Shown here: positions 11,734-23,178 of the stretch, piece by piece
Position numbering within the stretch: position 1 is the stretch's first letter
Layout of the letters: each line of letters starts with the position of its first letter
Assembly: GCA_030390025.1 (NCBI GenBank)
Contig: CM059438.1
Span: 82,460,001-82,524,000, forward strand
Reading direction: 5' to 3'
Length of the DNA: 64,000 nucleotides
Source: Squalus acanthias
Lineage: Eukaryota
The notes under the pieces: generated by a model
Database searches by the model: none
What the model was told of the DNA's origin: nothing
What the model saw: the letters and a program-made list of their open reading frames with translations, nothing else
Program-made: the position numbers and the translations under genes

Positions 11734-14284
11734 TGAATAAAAAGATATTTTCATGCAAGTCACAGAAATAAAAATTTACGCTACAATGTAATTCACTGCT
11801 GAATAGATATATTTGAGGCCAAGATGGCATTAAAATTAATATTTTATCTCCGTTGAGAGATTTTCAAGATGGCAGGAAGCCAGCTACCTCTGGAAATTTA
11901 TATTGCAATGGATATCACTCCATTGTTTCAACAAGAATGGTAACTCACATACCGAACAGGTGTATTAAAGCTGCTTTTGTGCTCACAATAGTCACGAGTA
12001 ACAAAAAAATATATAGTTTGAATATAATACCAATATCCAACCCACTTGGACATTTAAAAAACAGAATTATCTGAGAATCGATGATACTGATTTAACTTGT
12101 GAAAGGAAAGTCTTATTTCATGAGTACCAGAGATTATCCTTCTTTCAGAATACAGATAAACTCAAAAGCTGTTACAGATGCCTGGCAAATAGGCATATTA
12201 AGTTCTGCACAGATTTAACCCATGTTTGCCTGACCACCGTTGAAGACAGCACCTTGCTTTCATCAACAATGACAACTTTGCCCGCATAACAGTTGCTGCA
12301 CTTCAAAAATAACTCGTGAAGTACTTGGAGTGGATATTAAGTGGGCACGAAGCGCTAGATTAGTGCATAGCTTCCCCCCCCCCCTACAAAAATAGGACTT
12401 TTTATTAACATAAATGTAAATATAGAGGCTATCAATGTGACGACACCCAACAGTAAAAATTTGCCTTTAATCAATTGCCATTTGGAGAAAAGACAACAAA
12501 TTCAATATTTTTTATGATGATTGTAATTTTCATTAAACAAGGAAGACAACATTAAGTAACAGGATGTGCAAACCCCAGAGGAGTAGTCAGATCATTAAAA
12601 GCTTAAAAATATGTTTATCTCAATAAAATTACTCATTAAAGTAAATAAAATGTGTACGTACAAATACACTGAAGATAGTGAATAATTTCACATTTTACAT
12701 TTTTTTTTAAATTAAGAGGTAGGTTACAAAATAAATCGTAGATATTTAGAAAAAAGCTTGGGTTTATTTATTTATTTTTTAAAGATACATTTTTAAGTTA
12801 CTGAAATCTGTCAAAGAAAAAACTAAACAATTGTTTCTACTTTCCGAAGCCCCCAAATTTGCAAACTAAAAAGGGAATACATCTAAAATTCATTCTATGG
12901 TCCAAAAGCTCCAGAAACCACAGAAGCAGTCAATATTGTTAATGTACCTTGTTAATTTGATGGGATTTGTCAGGTAACTCCACTGGAAAATTATATAAAA
13001 CTGTTCCAGATGAACAGATGATAGTGACATGAATTAAACTGATAGAACAATACCAGAATATAAACCAGAAATGACACCTAAAGTGGCTGTTGATTTATTG
13101 CCATCCTGAGTTTGGTTCTGGGCTTCCATGTATATTAGTGCTACAAATCTGGGTCCATTTAGCAGTGAGATGCTCGTACATACATCACTAGCTCCTGCTC
13201 CAAGCCAAGGTCATTCCCCATTGCATCAATCTTTTCAGCAAAGGCTACTCCGCCATTCTACTAGTTTTTACCCATTCGGGCTTTGAATTTTTTTTGGTGG
13301 GGGGGGGGGGGGGGGGGGTGTGTGGAGAAGGAAGAAAAGATCGGATAATGAAGCTGTTTCTACTACTACTTCCTAAATCATCTTTAATTTTAAACACTGC
13401 TGAATTATTTAACTGATTTAAAGAAGTTCACCATTTAATGCTTTTGGCCAATCCCTTTTAGTAAAAATAAAAGTATGTGAATAGGAAACTTTTCTTCCCG
13501 TCTTCCAAAGTACAGTGCGTAAATTAATACATTTATGAAATGGCGAAAAATTAAGGTATAATGGAACAAAATCATATTGCATCTTTACATGGCAAAAGTA
13601 GTCTCTAGGTTAGTAAGGATGTATGCTTCATGTACTTTATTCAGAGTTTTAGTTGGTATTAACATCTCTGTACAGTCTGCAACAAACTCATCTTTAAAAT
13701 ATCAAAAATAATTGTTGTTGGTTTAGATATTCCCAATTTTCGTTAATCATGGACAACACTCATTTTTGTTGCAGATAAAAATACTTTTCACTGCACTAGT
13801 TAAACACAACTGCTGCTTCTGGAAGTTTGTCAAGTTAAAAATGTTACCTTTACACAGTAAGGCGTGAATAGCAGTTTCTTCGCAAGTTTTTTTTTGTTAG
13901 GTGTCGTCCAAGGCACTTTAGAACTCAAAGTATGGACTTAAAATGGCAGACATTGTCACAGGAATATAAAGCATTACCTGAAAAATTAAAGCATTGTGCA
14001 CCTTTTACAGTTAATTCTTTATAAGATTATTTTCTCATTTGCCAAACAAAAGTGCAATTTTTGGGGGATTTAAAAAAAAGAGACATTAATAGGAAGCTAA
14101 ACACCAAATTAAAAAAAAAAATCAGGTGTGAACTGGAAGATTGCTTAATACATAAAAAATTCCAAGTATTATTGCTACTACGATGGTTTACTTTTGGTCT
14201 GATTCAGTTGCGTGAGGAAACTGCGAGCAGATGACTATTTTTGAAAACATGATGAATGATGTCTTGTTCAGATATGGCGATAGA

Positions 14285-14700
14285 AAATACTTGCATTTAT
14301 ATAGTAACTTTCATGTCCTCAGGATATTCAAAATTGCTTTGGAGTCATCGAATTATCTTTAAAGTGTTGTCAATGTTGTTTTGTAGGCAAAAGCAGCAGC
14401 TAACTTGCACACAACCAGATCCCACAAACAGCAATGACATAAATGACAGAATAATTTGTTTAGGCGTTCTTTGTTGAGAAAGAAATGTTGGCCAGAACAC
14501 CGGGAAAACTCCCGCGCTGCTCTTCAAATGCGGCATGGGATCCTTTACCACCTGAGAGGGCATCTCGGTTTAACATCTTATCTGAATGACTGAATCTCTG
14601 ACAATGCAGAACTCCCTCAGTATTGTACTGAAGTGTCACCCTAGATTACGTGCTCAAGTCCTGGAGTGGGGCTTCAACCAATGACCTTCTGACTCATGCA
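14285..14700 (-). mobile_element. Deu-domain SINE, second near full-length copy
   Basis: Collinear with 11315-11733 (cagtattgtactgaagtgtcaccctagattacgtgctcaagtcctggagtgggg; catgggatcctttac; ttgcatttatatag tail). Confidence 0.78.
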
Positions 14701-16724
14701 ACTGTAGACAGCATATGCTGTGAGCACTCTTTGTAGCCAATAGATTCTTAAGATTTTCCTCACAGTTTTGATCAAATATCCCAGAGGAAAAAAAGTATCT
14801 TCCAATTACCACAACAGCATACTGGTCTTCAAATACCTAGGCAACCCAAGTCAAGGTAAGTAGTGAAGGAAATCCATTTTAGAATAATCAATTATACTCT
14901 GGATGGAACAGGTTTGATGACGGAATGGTTTTTATTTGCTCTGGATTTTCTTATGGCTCCAGCACCAATGTACACCCAGGAATAGACAATTATTGACGAA
15001 CAGCACCTGGAATTTCAGCTTACACGAGTGAAATTAAGACTCCATTTCGTATGTCATAAAGATGGAAAGTAATTCTGAAAAAGGTCTAGCTAAACTGAAG
15101 GAAAAAAGGACAAGCGAAAGGCAGCCTTGGCAGTGCAGCATTAATATATGGACCTGCTGCACTATGGAGTGGGAAGATTCACATTTTTGTATATTTACCT
15201 AAAGAGGTGGTGCAGGAGAAATGCATGTCCTCTAAGGGAGGGAAAGTTGTAATGAAGGAAGGAATTAAACTATATCATTCTTGCCCACCCCAACCTATGC
15301 AGATCAAGCCAGGAGTGGGGTGATGAGGAATAAAGGAAGAGGCGTCCCACAGTTAGAGCTCCCACCTGCCTTGGTAGAGGAATGGTGTAGAGAGCTGGTG
15401 GGAAGAAGACATAGAGGTGAATAAGTTGGTCAATTTAATAATTTTATGTAAAATTTCTTTAAAAAAGAGTGTATCAGCAATGTCTAAATTCTTGATGCCA
15501 TCCTTCAGGAAGCTGCCCACAGATGCTCCATTTCAAGTTCCCATTCAAAATCACTTAATTTGCCTGTGCTTGATTTCAGATGTGGAGTTTTCCCTCATTC
15601 AGGTGGTGATCGGTCTGAGGGGAGAACACACGCAAAATGTGCATGTGGGGTGGTCACAACGAGATCATCAACTGGCACTCACAATACCACGTTGGCATTT
15701 TGCATGTCTTAATAATGCAACACCAGGATCAAGATTCTAGAATTGTGACAAGTTTGTCCAGGCACTATCAAGACTCAACACTGTCTGTAATTAAGGAAAA
15801 AGATCTGGAGAGCGAACTTGTAAATTGCACTCTTACTCCAGGACAAAATCAATTCTGGTTTCACTCTGGAACTACATTCTCTTCAAACATTGCTAAATTT
15901 TAAAACCTTTGTATTGAGAAAACAGCAAAAAATGTTTCAACCCTATTAATGTGTTAAACACCGTTGCCTAGTCATCGCAATTCCTGTATAACTGTTACTA
16001 ACAGATATAAATGCCAACACATTTAAAATTTGGCTATAGATTTGCTGACTAATATACTGATGGAAAAAAACACTTTTTCCTATTGAGAAGTGGTGCTTGA
16101 AATTTGAAAAAGGGGGCAATATTAATTTTGGTTTTGGTAACAAGTTTACTTATTTGAAATAAAATCTGTAAACCTAGAAATTATCTGAAGAGACCCTGCT
16201 TTTCGTGTACATTAACTTCATAGTGGACATCAATACCGTTGGAAAAGAGACCCAGACACATTTGTATTTACCATGTGGTAGAGTGTACCTTACATAAAGC
16301 AGACAGACAGAATTAAAATATGACTGAAAACTCACATTTATAAGCACACTGAAAGGTGCATTAACCCCTGAAAGCTGTACTCACAGGTCAGTCCCATCAG
16401 TACTGAACAAGTTGAACCATTCGTTTCACCCAACAGCTCCACTCCCCTTATATCATTTATCTTTAGTGATAAGGGATGACCTTTTCAAGCTTTCTGTTCT
16501 GACAGCTTCCAGATGCAGAGAGGCAAAAAATTCTCCTAGAAGCAAGCTAGCAGCAACTGGCAAAAAAAATGTGAGCTTTGCAAAATAATTTCTTATGTGA
16601 AGGGTAGCATGCAATTTCTTCACTTTCATCACAAGAGTACAAAACTTTGCACAGCGGCTAAAAATTCAAATAGGATATCATATTCAAAAAACTTTTCCAT
16701 AGCACCTGGCACTGACAAAACAAT

Positions 16725-16950
16725 ACTCAGAATCACAGAAATTTCAGCCTTTTGGCCCATTATGATTAAGCCAGAGCTACCTTAACATTGGATTTAGCTA
16801 CTTTAATTTAATTTCCCTGTACTCCTTTAATATTTTTCATCTTCAAGTGCTTAATTTCCTCTTAAATGTTGTGGTTGATTTGGCAAATTGTGTTGATTTA
16901 ACAGCCACTTGTGGTAATGCATTTCACGTTCTAATAACACTTTGCATGAC
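16725..16950 (-). mobile_element. Degenerate CR1 3' end
   Basis: agaatcacagaa...ttttggcccat terminal motif and acagccacttgtggtaatgcatttcac, as in the other CR1 3' ends here. Confidence 0.5.
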
Positions 16951-17509
16951 GCTCTCATGAGGCTTTTCTGCTGAAAATACAAATCATACAGTATTTCACA
17001 TGCCTTTCACGTTTGAGAACAGTGCATATATAAAACTCTATTACTCCAAAAAATCTGTAATTATTAGAGCGCAAATGATATTCAAAAGAAGAAATTAAAT
17101 GCTTTTCACGTTGACCATTTAAAAAAATTAAACATTGTGAAAATGTCACCAGTGGCACTGAATATTATTGCTGATACTGTATAAATATTATGTTTATAAT
17201 TTGTTGATTTAACAGACAAGGTTGCCTGGACTTGTACATCTGCCAAATTTATCTTCAAAATGTGCATTTCAGAATTGTGTGTTGTATCACAGCATAGTTT
17301 CAGATCAACCAATATAGTCAAAGAATTGAACAAAGAGACCCAAATCAACAATATTTAAACTTTGCAAGAGTTTTACTTCCCGTTTTACAATAAATTTGGT
17401 GGAACAAAGTTATGGTTATGAGCTGCAAAGAGATGTTCATCAATGACTTGTACCACCACTGCCTTTAAAGGTTCCAAACTCCTAATATAATGGCATCTGA
17501 CCATTGAGG

Positions 17510-18226
17510 CCTTGGTCATTCCCATCTTATTCCAACCACATATCCGCAACATAACGAAGACCGCCTATTTCCACCTCCGTAACATCGCCCGTCTCCGCTC
17601 TTGCCTCAGCTCATCCGCTGCTGAAACCCTCATCCATGCCTTTGTTACCTCTAGACTTGACTATTCCAACGCACTCCTGGCTGGCCTCCCACATTCTACC
17701 CTACGTAAACTTGAGGTGATCCAAAACTTGGCTGCCCGGTGTCCTAACTCGCACCAAGTCCCATTCACCCATCACCCCTGTGCTCGCTGACCTACATTGG
17801 CTCCCGGTTAAGCAACGCCTCGATTTCAAAATTCTCATCCTTGTTTTCAAATCCCTCCATGACCTCGCCCCTCCCTATCTCTGTAATCATCTTCAGCCCT
17901 ACAACCCCGCCCCCCCCCCCACGATATCTAATTCTGCCCTCTTGAGCATCCCTGATTATAATTGCTCAACCATTGGTGGCTGTGTCTTCTGTTGCCAAGG
18001 CCCTAAGCTCTGGAATTCCCTGCCTAAACCTCTCCGCCTCGCTACCTCTCTTTCCTCCCTTAAGACGCTCCTTAAAACCTACCTCTTTGACCAAGCTTTT
18101 GGTCACCTGCCCTAATTTCTCCTTATATGGCTCGCTGTCAAATGTTTTGTCTTTTAATACTCCTGTGAAGCGCCTTGGCACGTTTTACTATGTTAAAGGC
18201 GCTAAATAAATACAAGTTGTTGTTGT
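17510..18226 (+). mobile_element. L2-clade LINE 3' fragment
   Basis: Frameshifted ORFs 17512/17780 encode HIRNITKTAYFHLRNIARLR...LIHAFVTSRLDYSNALLAGLP and LHWLPVKQRLDFKIL, typical of the L2 ORF2 C-terminus; ends in (GTT)n tail. Confidence 0.92.
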
Positions 18227-18791
18227 GTAGGTTGCATCAAATATCTTAAAAGGGGGGAAATTGTGGATCACAATATTTAGGACAGGAGAAGCCTGGAGGA
18301 AGAAAACAAGTGCTGTTCTTGTGACATGCTTAAATAAGAAACAAAAAGCTTCCATTAAAACTTTATGTGGCAACTATTATCCTTAAGAGGAGAACTTCAG
18401 AATGTCCATCAAAAAAAGGTAATCATTACCATTTATATTTATGTAACTGCAATGATCCCATGTGGTATTGTTAATCTAGAACGGTGGCAAAATTTGGCAG
18501 TAAGCTCCAATTCTGCTCTGTTTAAATGCCTTATACCAGTTTGTTTCCTTTTGTCGAACTAACTAGACCCCAACATCTAAAATGTCAACTTCATTAAATT
18601 GATGCAAAGCAATTACAAAATAAGATTTTAGTTTGATTTAAAAAAAAAAAATGTTTATGTCTAGCTAGAGAAAGGACACTTCAAAACACTATATATGGGG
18701 ACGAGGAAGACACCACACTTATAAATTAAGCTCCTATTAACACATCAATTTAGTCACTGTATCTTAAAATATTATGGCATCCTTTCCTCAA

Positions 18792-19964
18792 GGTGAGGTG
18801 AGTGATTGCCTTTGACATCAAGGCAGCATTTAACAGAGTGTGGCATTAAGGAGCCCGAGTAAAACTGAAGTCAATGGGAATCAGGGGGAAAACGCTCCAC
18901 TGGCTGAAGTCATACCTAGCACAAAGGAAGATGGTTGTGGTGGTTGGAAGTCAATCATCACAGCCCCAGGACATCGCTGCAGGAGTTCCTCAGGGCCAAC
19001 CATCTTCAGCTGTTTCATCAATGGCCTTCCTTCCGTCATAAGGTCAGAAATGAGGATGTTCGCTGATGACTGCACAGTGTTCAGTGCCATTTGCAACTCC
19101 TCAGATAATGAAGCAGTCTATGCCTGCATGCAGCAAGTCCTGGACAACATTCAGGCTTGGGCTGATAAGTGGCAGGTAACATTCGCGCCACACAAGTGCC
19201 AGGCAATGACTATCTCCAACAAGCGAGCGTCTAACCACCGCCCCTTGACATTCAATGGCATTACCATCGCCGAATCCCCCACCATCAATATCCTGGGAGG
19301 TCACCATTGACCAGAAACTTAACTGGACCAGCCACATAAATACTGTGGCAATAAGAGCAGGTCAGAGGCTGGGTATTCTGCGGCGAGTGTCTCACCTCCT
19401 GACTCCTCAAAGCCTTTCCACCATCTACAAGGCACAAGTCAGGGGTGTGATGGAATACTCTCCACTTGTCTGGATGAGTGCAGCTCCAACAACACTCAAG
19501 AAGCTCGACACCATCCAAGACAAAGCAGCCCGCTTGATTGGCACCCCATCCACCACCTTAAACATTCACTCCCTCCACCACTGGTGTACCGTGGCTGCAG
19601 TGTGTACCATCTACAAGATGCACTGCAGCAACTCGCCAAGGCTTCTTCGGCAGCACCTCCCAAACCCATGACCTCTACCACCTAGAAGGACAAGGGCAGC
19701 AGGCGCATGGGAACACCACCACCTCCAAGTTCCCCTCCAAGTCACACACCATCCTGACTTGGAATTATATCGCCGATCCTTCATTGTCGCTGGGTCAAAA
19801 TCCTGGAACTCCCTCCCTAACAGCACCGTGAGAGCACCTTCACCACACGGACTGCAGGGGTTGAAGGCAGTGGCTCACCACCACCTTCTCAAGGGCAACT
19901 AGGGATGGGCAATAAATGCTGGCCTTGCCAGCGACGCCCACATCCCAAGAACGAATAAAAAAAA
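18792..19964 (+). mobile_element. 5'-truncated non-LTR retrotransposon (CR1/L2 group, exact clade uncertain) with RT domain
   Basis: ALDIKAAFNRVWH, GPTIFSCFINGL and MFADD RT motifs; WTSHINTVAIRAGQRLGILRR in shifted frame; ends in A-rich tail. Confidence 0.9.
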
Positions 19965-20195
19965 TTAATACTTTCTGCAGCAATTTGAATAATTAGTTTC
20001 TTCGTGTTTCAGTACAATTAATATAATTGGCACCTACAATATAGCCAGCCATTTAAGAATTATTTTGAAAACGAGCAATTTACAGGAAAGAGGCCAATTT
20101 ACTTTAGGTAAATAATGTTTAAAATCTAATTTTTTGTTGTTCTGAAGTCATTGGACATGCATAAAGGTTGCATTTCACAAAGTACTAAGAATTAC

Positions 20196-20336
20196 CTAAT
20201 TGGACATCAGTGGTGAATCGAAGCTTGTGAACAATGCTGACTTTGTAAGATTTGTAACGATGACTGCTCAGAATATCCTGCACTGTAGTCATATCCAGAG
20301 GTGGCTCGTCCTCTGAACTCTCCTCTCCTCTTGAAC
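20196..20336 (-). CDS. MAPKAP1: MAPKAP1/SIN1 internal coding exon, 141 nt, phase 1-1 (start of PH domain)
   Basis: tttttttatctgcAG|GT TCA AGA...CAA TTA G|GTAATT. Translates (S)[46 protein letters not shown](G), matching SIN1 [31 protein letters not shown]. Overlaps ORF 20185..20394. Confidence 0.97.
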
Positions 20337-20525
20337 CTGCAGATAAAAAAAAGGAACTGTGAAGTAAAGGAAACTTTCCAAGTGCAAAAACCATTAAGTA
20401 CTTGTTTAAAAATTAAATCAATCCAATTTTTAAAGGAATTATCAGCGATGGGCATTATAGAAAAAGGAAAGAATATTAGTTTGACATAATAAGCAAATAA
20501 ATTACAGAAAATACTTGGAAGACTG

Positions 20526-20568
20526 ATGAGTTAACGTTTCACTCACTGAACTCTTTGTCAGAACTCAT
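20526..20568 (-). ncRNA. Degenerate hammerhead-like relic (Penelope family A-like)
   Basis: Minus: AUGAGUU-CUGACAA-agaguucagugagu-GAAACGUU-AACUCAU. Helix I is 7 bp, but G8 is A and helix II is disrupted. Followed by ttccaagtattttctgtaatttatt, resembling the family A tail. Confidence 0.5.
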
Positions 20569-20743
20569 TTTTGACTTTCAAATTGCTATTTCCTAAAACT
20601 AATTTAATCCTCTTAAAACACCGACTCCCTCACTGGGACATGTTTGCATTGACACAGGTCAACCTTTAGTACCTTGTACAGGTGGCCATTGAAGCCTCAA
20701 CAGTGCTTTCCAATTCTGACTCAGGGTTCACGCCCCAAGTGCT

Positions 20744-20911
20744 GGGGCAGATTTTTAACTTGCTGCCAGGGTATGAAACTGTCATTGCAGATCAGCTGCC
20801 CGTACTAGAAACCGCCAAATATTCATTTCCATTCATTTTAAAATCAGGTAGTTTCCATCAGTTAACTCGCAATGCCAATTTTACGCTTGTGCAGCAAGTA
20901 GAAAATCTACC
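20744..20911. mobile_element. Short MITE (Harbinger-like termini)
   Basis: Imperfect TIRs ggcagatttttaacttgctgc / gcagcaagtagaaaatctacc; followed directly by a Penelope family A tail (about 20920-21000). Confidence 0.65.
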
Positions 20912-21539
20912 AAGAAATCCTCTGTTCTCTCCGCAGATGCTGACCCGAGTGTTGCTGTGTTTCTTTCGGCTTTCCAGCATCTGCAGTTTTTTGTTTTTAG
21001 TTTAAGCAAATAAATTATGTTTGACACATGAAGCAACTGTGTATATTGAAGTTTTTTTTTGAAGAACTCACTCTTTAGCAGGACTGCAGCTCTGTTATTA
21101 CTCTTGGAGATGAGTCTTTGTAATTTGATTTTCCAAACTATGCATAACATACATTGATCAAAAATGATAAATCAAGAAAGCTATGAACAACCTATGCAGA
21201 ACTAATGATGTGGAAGTACGTAGTATCTAGCAGAAATTAGTACCAGTGACATTGCAAACAAGAGACTAAGTTCCAGTAGCCCAAGGCGAGAGTCAATGTT
21301 TTAAATTACTTCGCACTTTGAGTTCATTTACAAAATGTTTCCAACAAAAGGAAAGTTTCCTTTGTCTTTGAAGGCTTTCAATTCTTCCCAAAACACTATT
21401 ACCGTACTTCCCAATTACTTTTTATTTTCAGTTGTCCTTTTGCAAAAAAAACCTTCCATTCCTTTCTTTTTGTCATTTAAAGTGCTATATAAATGAAAGT
21501 AGTTGTTGTTGTTGCTGAAATATTCATTTTAGATTGTCA

Positions 21540-22365
21540 GATGACTTGTTTCCTCCTCCTCTTAAGGCACTAACTCCTTCAGTGGGGTATATTTCCATGG
21601 ACACGTCAACCTCTGGTACCTTGCCCAGGTGGGACAGTATCCATGTTCGAGTCTTGACTGCGAGGGCTGGAAGGCTGTCTGACTGTGAGGACATCATGGC
21701 TAAAAATGGATGCTATCCTCGGTTGATCTCCATACATGCCCATTTCCAGTAGCAATGAGAAGCAGGACTGGCGGATTTGCCCTCATCTAACCCAGAAATA
21801 TTGTGGGTAGTTGTGGTGCCCCATCTACATTACAACAGTGACTGCACTTCAAAAGTACTTCATTGGCTGTAAAGCGCTTTGGGATGTCCTGAGGTCATGA
21901 AAGGCCCTGTATAAAATGCAAAACTACTCCCTCTGGCAAGTGGGTCAATAACCAGAGGTCATAGATTCAAAATCGTTGGCAAAAGATCTAGAGGGGAGAT
22001 GAGGATCAATTTTTTCACTCAGTTGTCAGAATCTGGAACGCGCTCTCTGGGAAAAAGTGGTGGATGGTGGAAGCAGATTCCATAAATAATTTTAAAAGGG
22101 AGTCGGATGGGTACTTGAGGATAAGGAACTTGCAGGGTTACGGACAAAAAGCGGGGATGTGGGACTAAGCACGACTGATCTTTCTAAGAGCCGGCACAGG
22201 CACGACAGGCCGAATGGCCTCCTTCTGTGCTGTGAGCTTCTATGATTCTATTAAGTTCTCTCTTTTCTATTACTGGCCCAGCTAAGTACTGATCGGGGAT
22301 GAAACCTGGGACCTTCCTGGTCGATACAGGTCAGACAACAATGATGTCATCTCTGAGCCATCAGA
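21540..22365. mobile_element. Old SINE (minus) interrupted by a Deu-SINE tail (21825-21922, +) and a CR1 3' fragment (21925-22251, +)
   Basis: CR1 end ggccgaatggcctccttctgtgctgtgagcttctatgattctat; SINE head resumes at about 22270 (ggggatgaaacctgggaccttcctg...ctgagccatcag). Confidence 0.7.
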
Positions 22366-22439
22366 ATGTCAAATTCCTTTTTATTCTAAAAAAAATGGAA
22401 CAACTTGCTGAATTTTGCTCTTAAAGTGAAGATTGTGAA

Positions 22440-22808
22440 CATCTGAAGAATGGAATATTTCCAGTGTCAGCATCAAGCATGTGCAGGTCAGGTACAGCAG
22501 TCAGCTGCGGAGTAAAGGACTCTGTACTGTGGCAACAACGTGTCTTCAACCCAATCTCATACAGACAGCCGTTTCTGCACCAGTGTAAACTTGCTCTACA
22601 TTTTTCACATCAGCTATCCTTGCAGCCTCTGAGCGAGACATTCTATTGGTGCTAATTAGGGGCTGTTTTCTGCTGTGATCGCACATTGTGGAGATACTGT
22701 CCAAACTCCTTTCAAGTTTCCTCATTCCCTTAGAATGTTCACACCCTGGGCTGGGTTGGATTTGAATCCACGTCCAAAGGTGCAAGGAACACCCACTGGG
22801 CTACCCAG
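22440..22808 (-). mobile_element. LF-SINE-like element
   Basis: Minus strand ccttgcacctttggacgtggattcaaatccaacccag, aattagcaccaat...tctcgctcagaggctgcaagga, gggttgaagacacgttg resemble the LF-SINE consensus as recalled; similar copy at about 40100. Confidence 0.5.
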
Positions 22809-22933
22809 AGATCTTCCCTGGTTTCTTTTGTCATCTGATATTTTCTTTCTTTTATTGTCTTCATCGTTCCAGTCTTCCTCAACTATCACTACTCTTTCTC
22901 TTTCTACGTTTTCTACAATGCTTTCCTTAATCC

Positions 22934-23178
22934 TTTGATTGCCGTGACTGTCTCTCTGCCGAGGTGTGATAAAGGGCAGTTAGAAAGATTAACTGTAGTC
23001 GTCTGGCAGTGCTCTCTGACTATTTATGCTGTGCCCATATGTATTTCTTCACTTCACCTGACGAAGGAGCAGCGCTCCGAAAGCTTGTGATTTCAAATAA
23101 AGCTGTTGGACTATAACCTGGTGTTGTGCGACTTCTCACTTTTGTCCACCCCAGTCCAACACCGGCATCTCTGCATCA
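22934..23178 (+). mobile_element. Short Penelope-like insertion (family B) with hammerhead, 11-bp TSD
   Basis: Flanked by TTCCTTAATCC at 22923-22933 and 23179-23189; the 3' 130 bp is nearly identical to 34501-34625. Confidence 0.82.
23054..23090 (+). ncRNA. Minimal type I hammerhead ribozyme motif, core intact (family B)
   Basis: UCAC-CUGACGA-A-GGAGC(AGC)GCUCC-GAA-AGCU-U-GUGA. Confidence 0.8.

Noticed and set aside
13297-13319. Poly-G runs (also about 847-867) with G-quadruplex potential
   Set aside because: Simple homopolymers common in this window, with uncertain assembled length and no sign of function.
15570-15610. Plus-strand peptide FSLIQV, identical to a hexapeptide of the upstream SIN1 exon (HGFSLIQV)
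   Set aside because: Wrong strand and position, flanking residues do not match, no splice sites; treated as chance.
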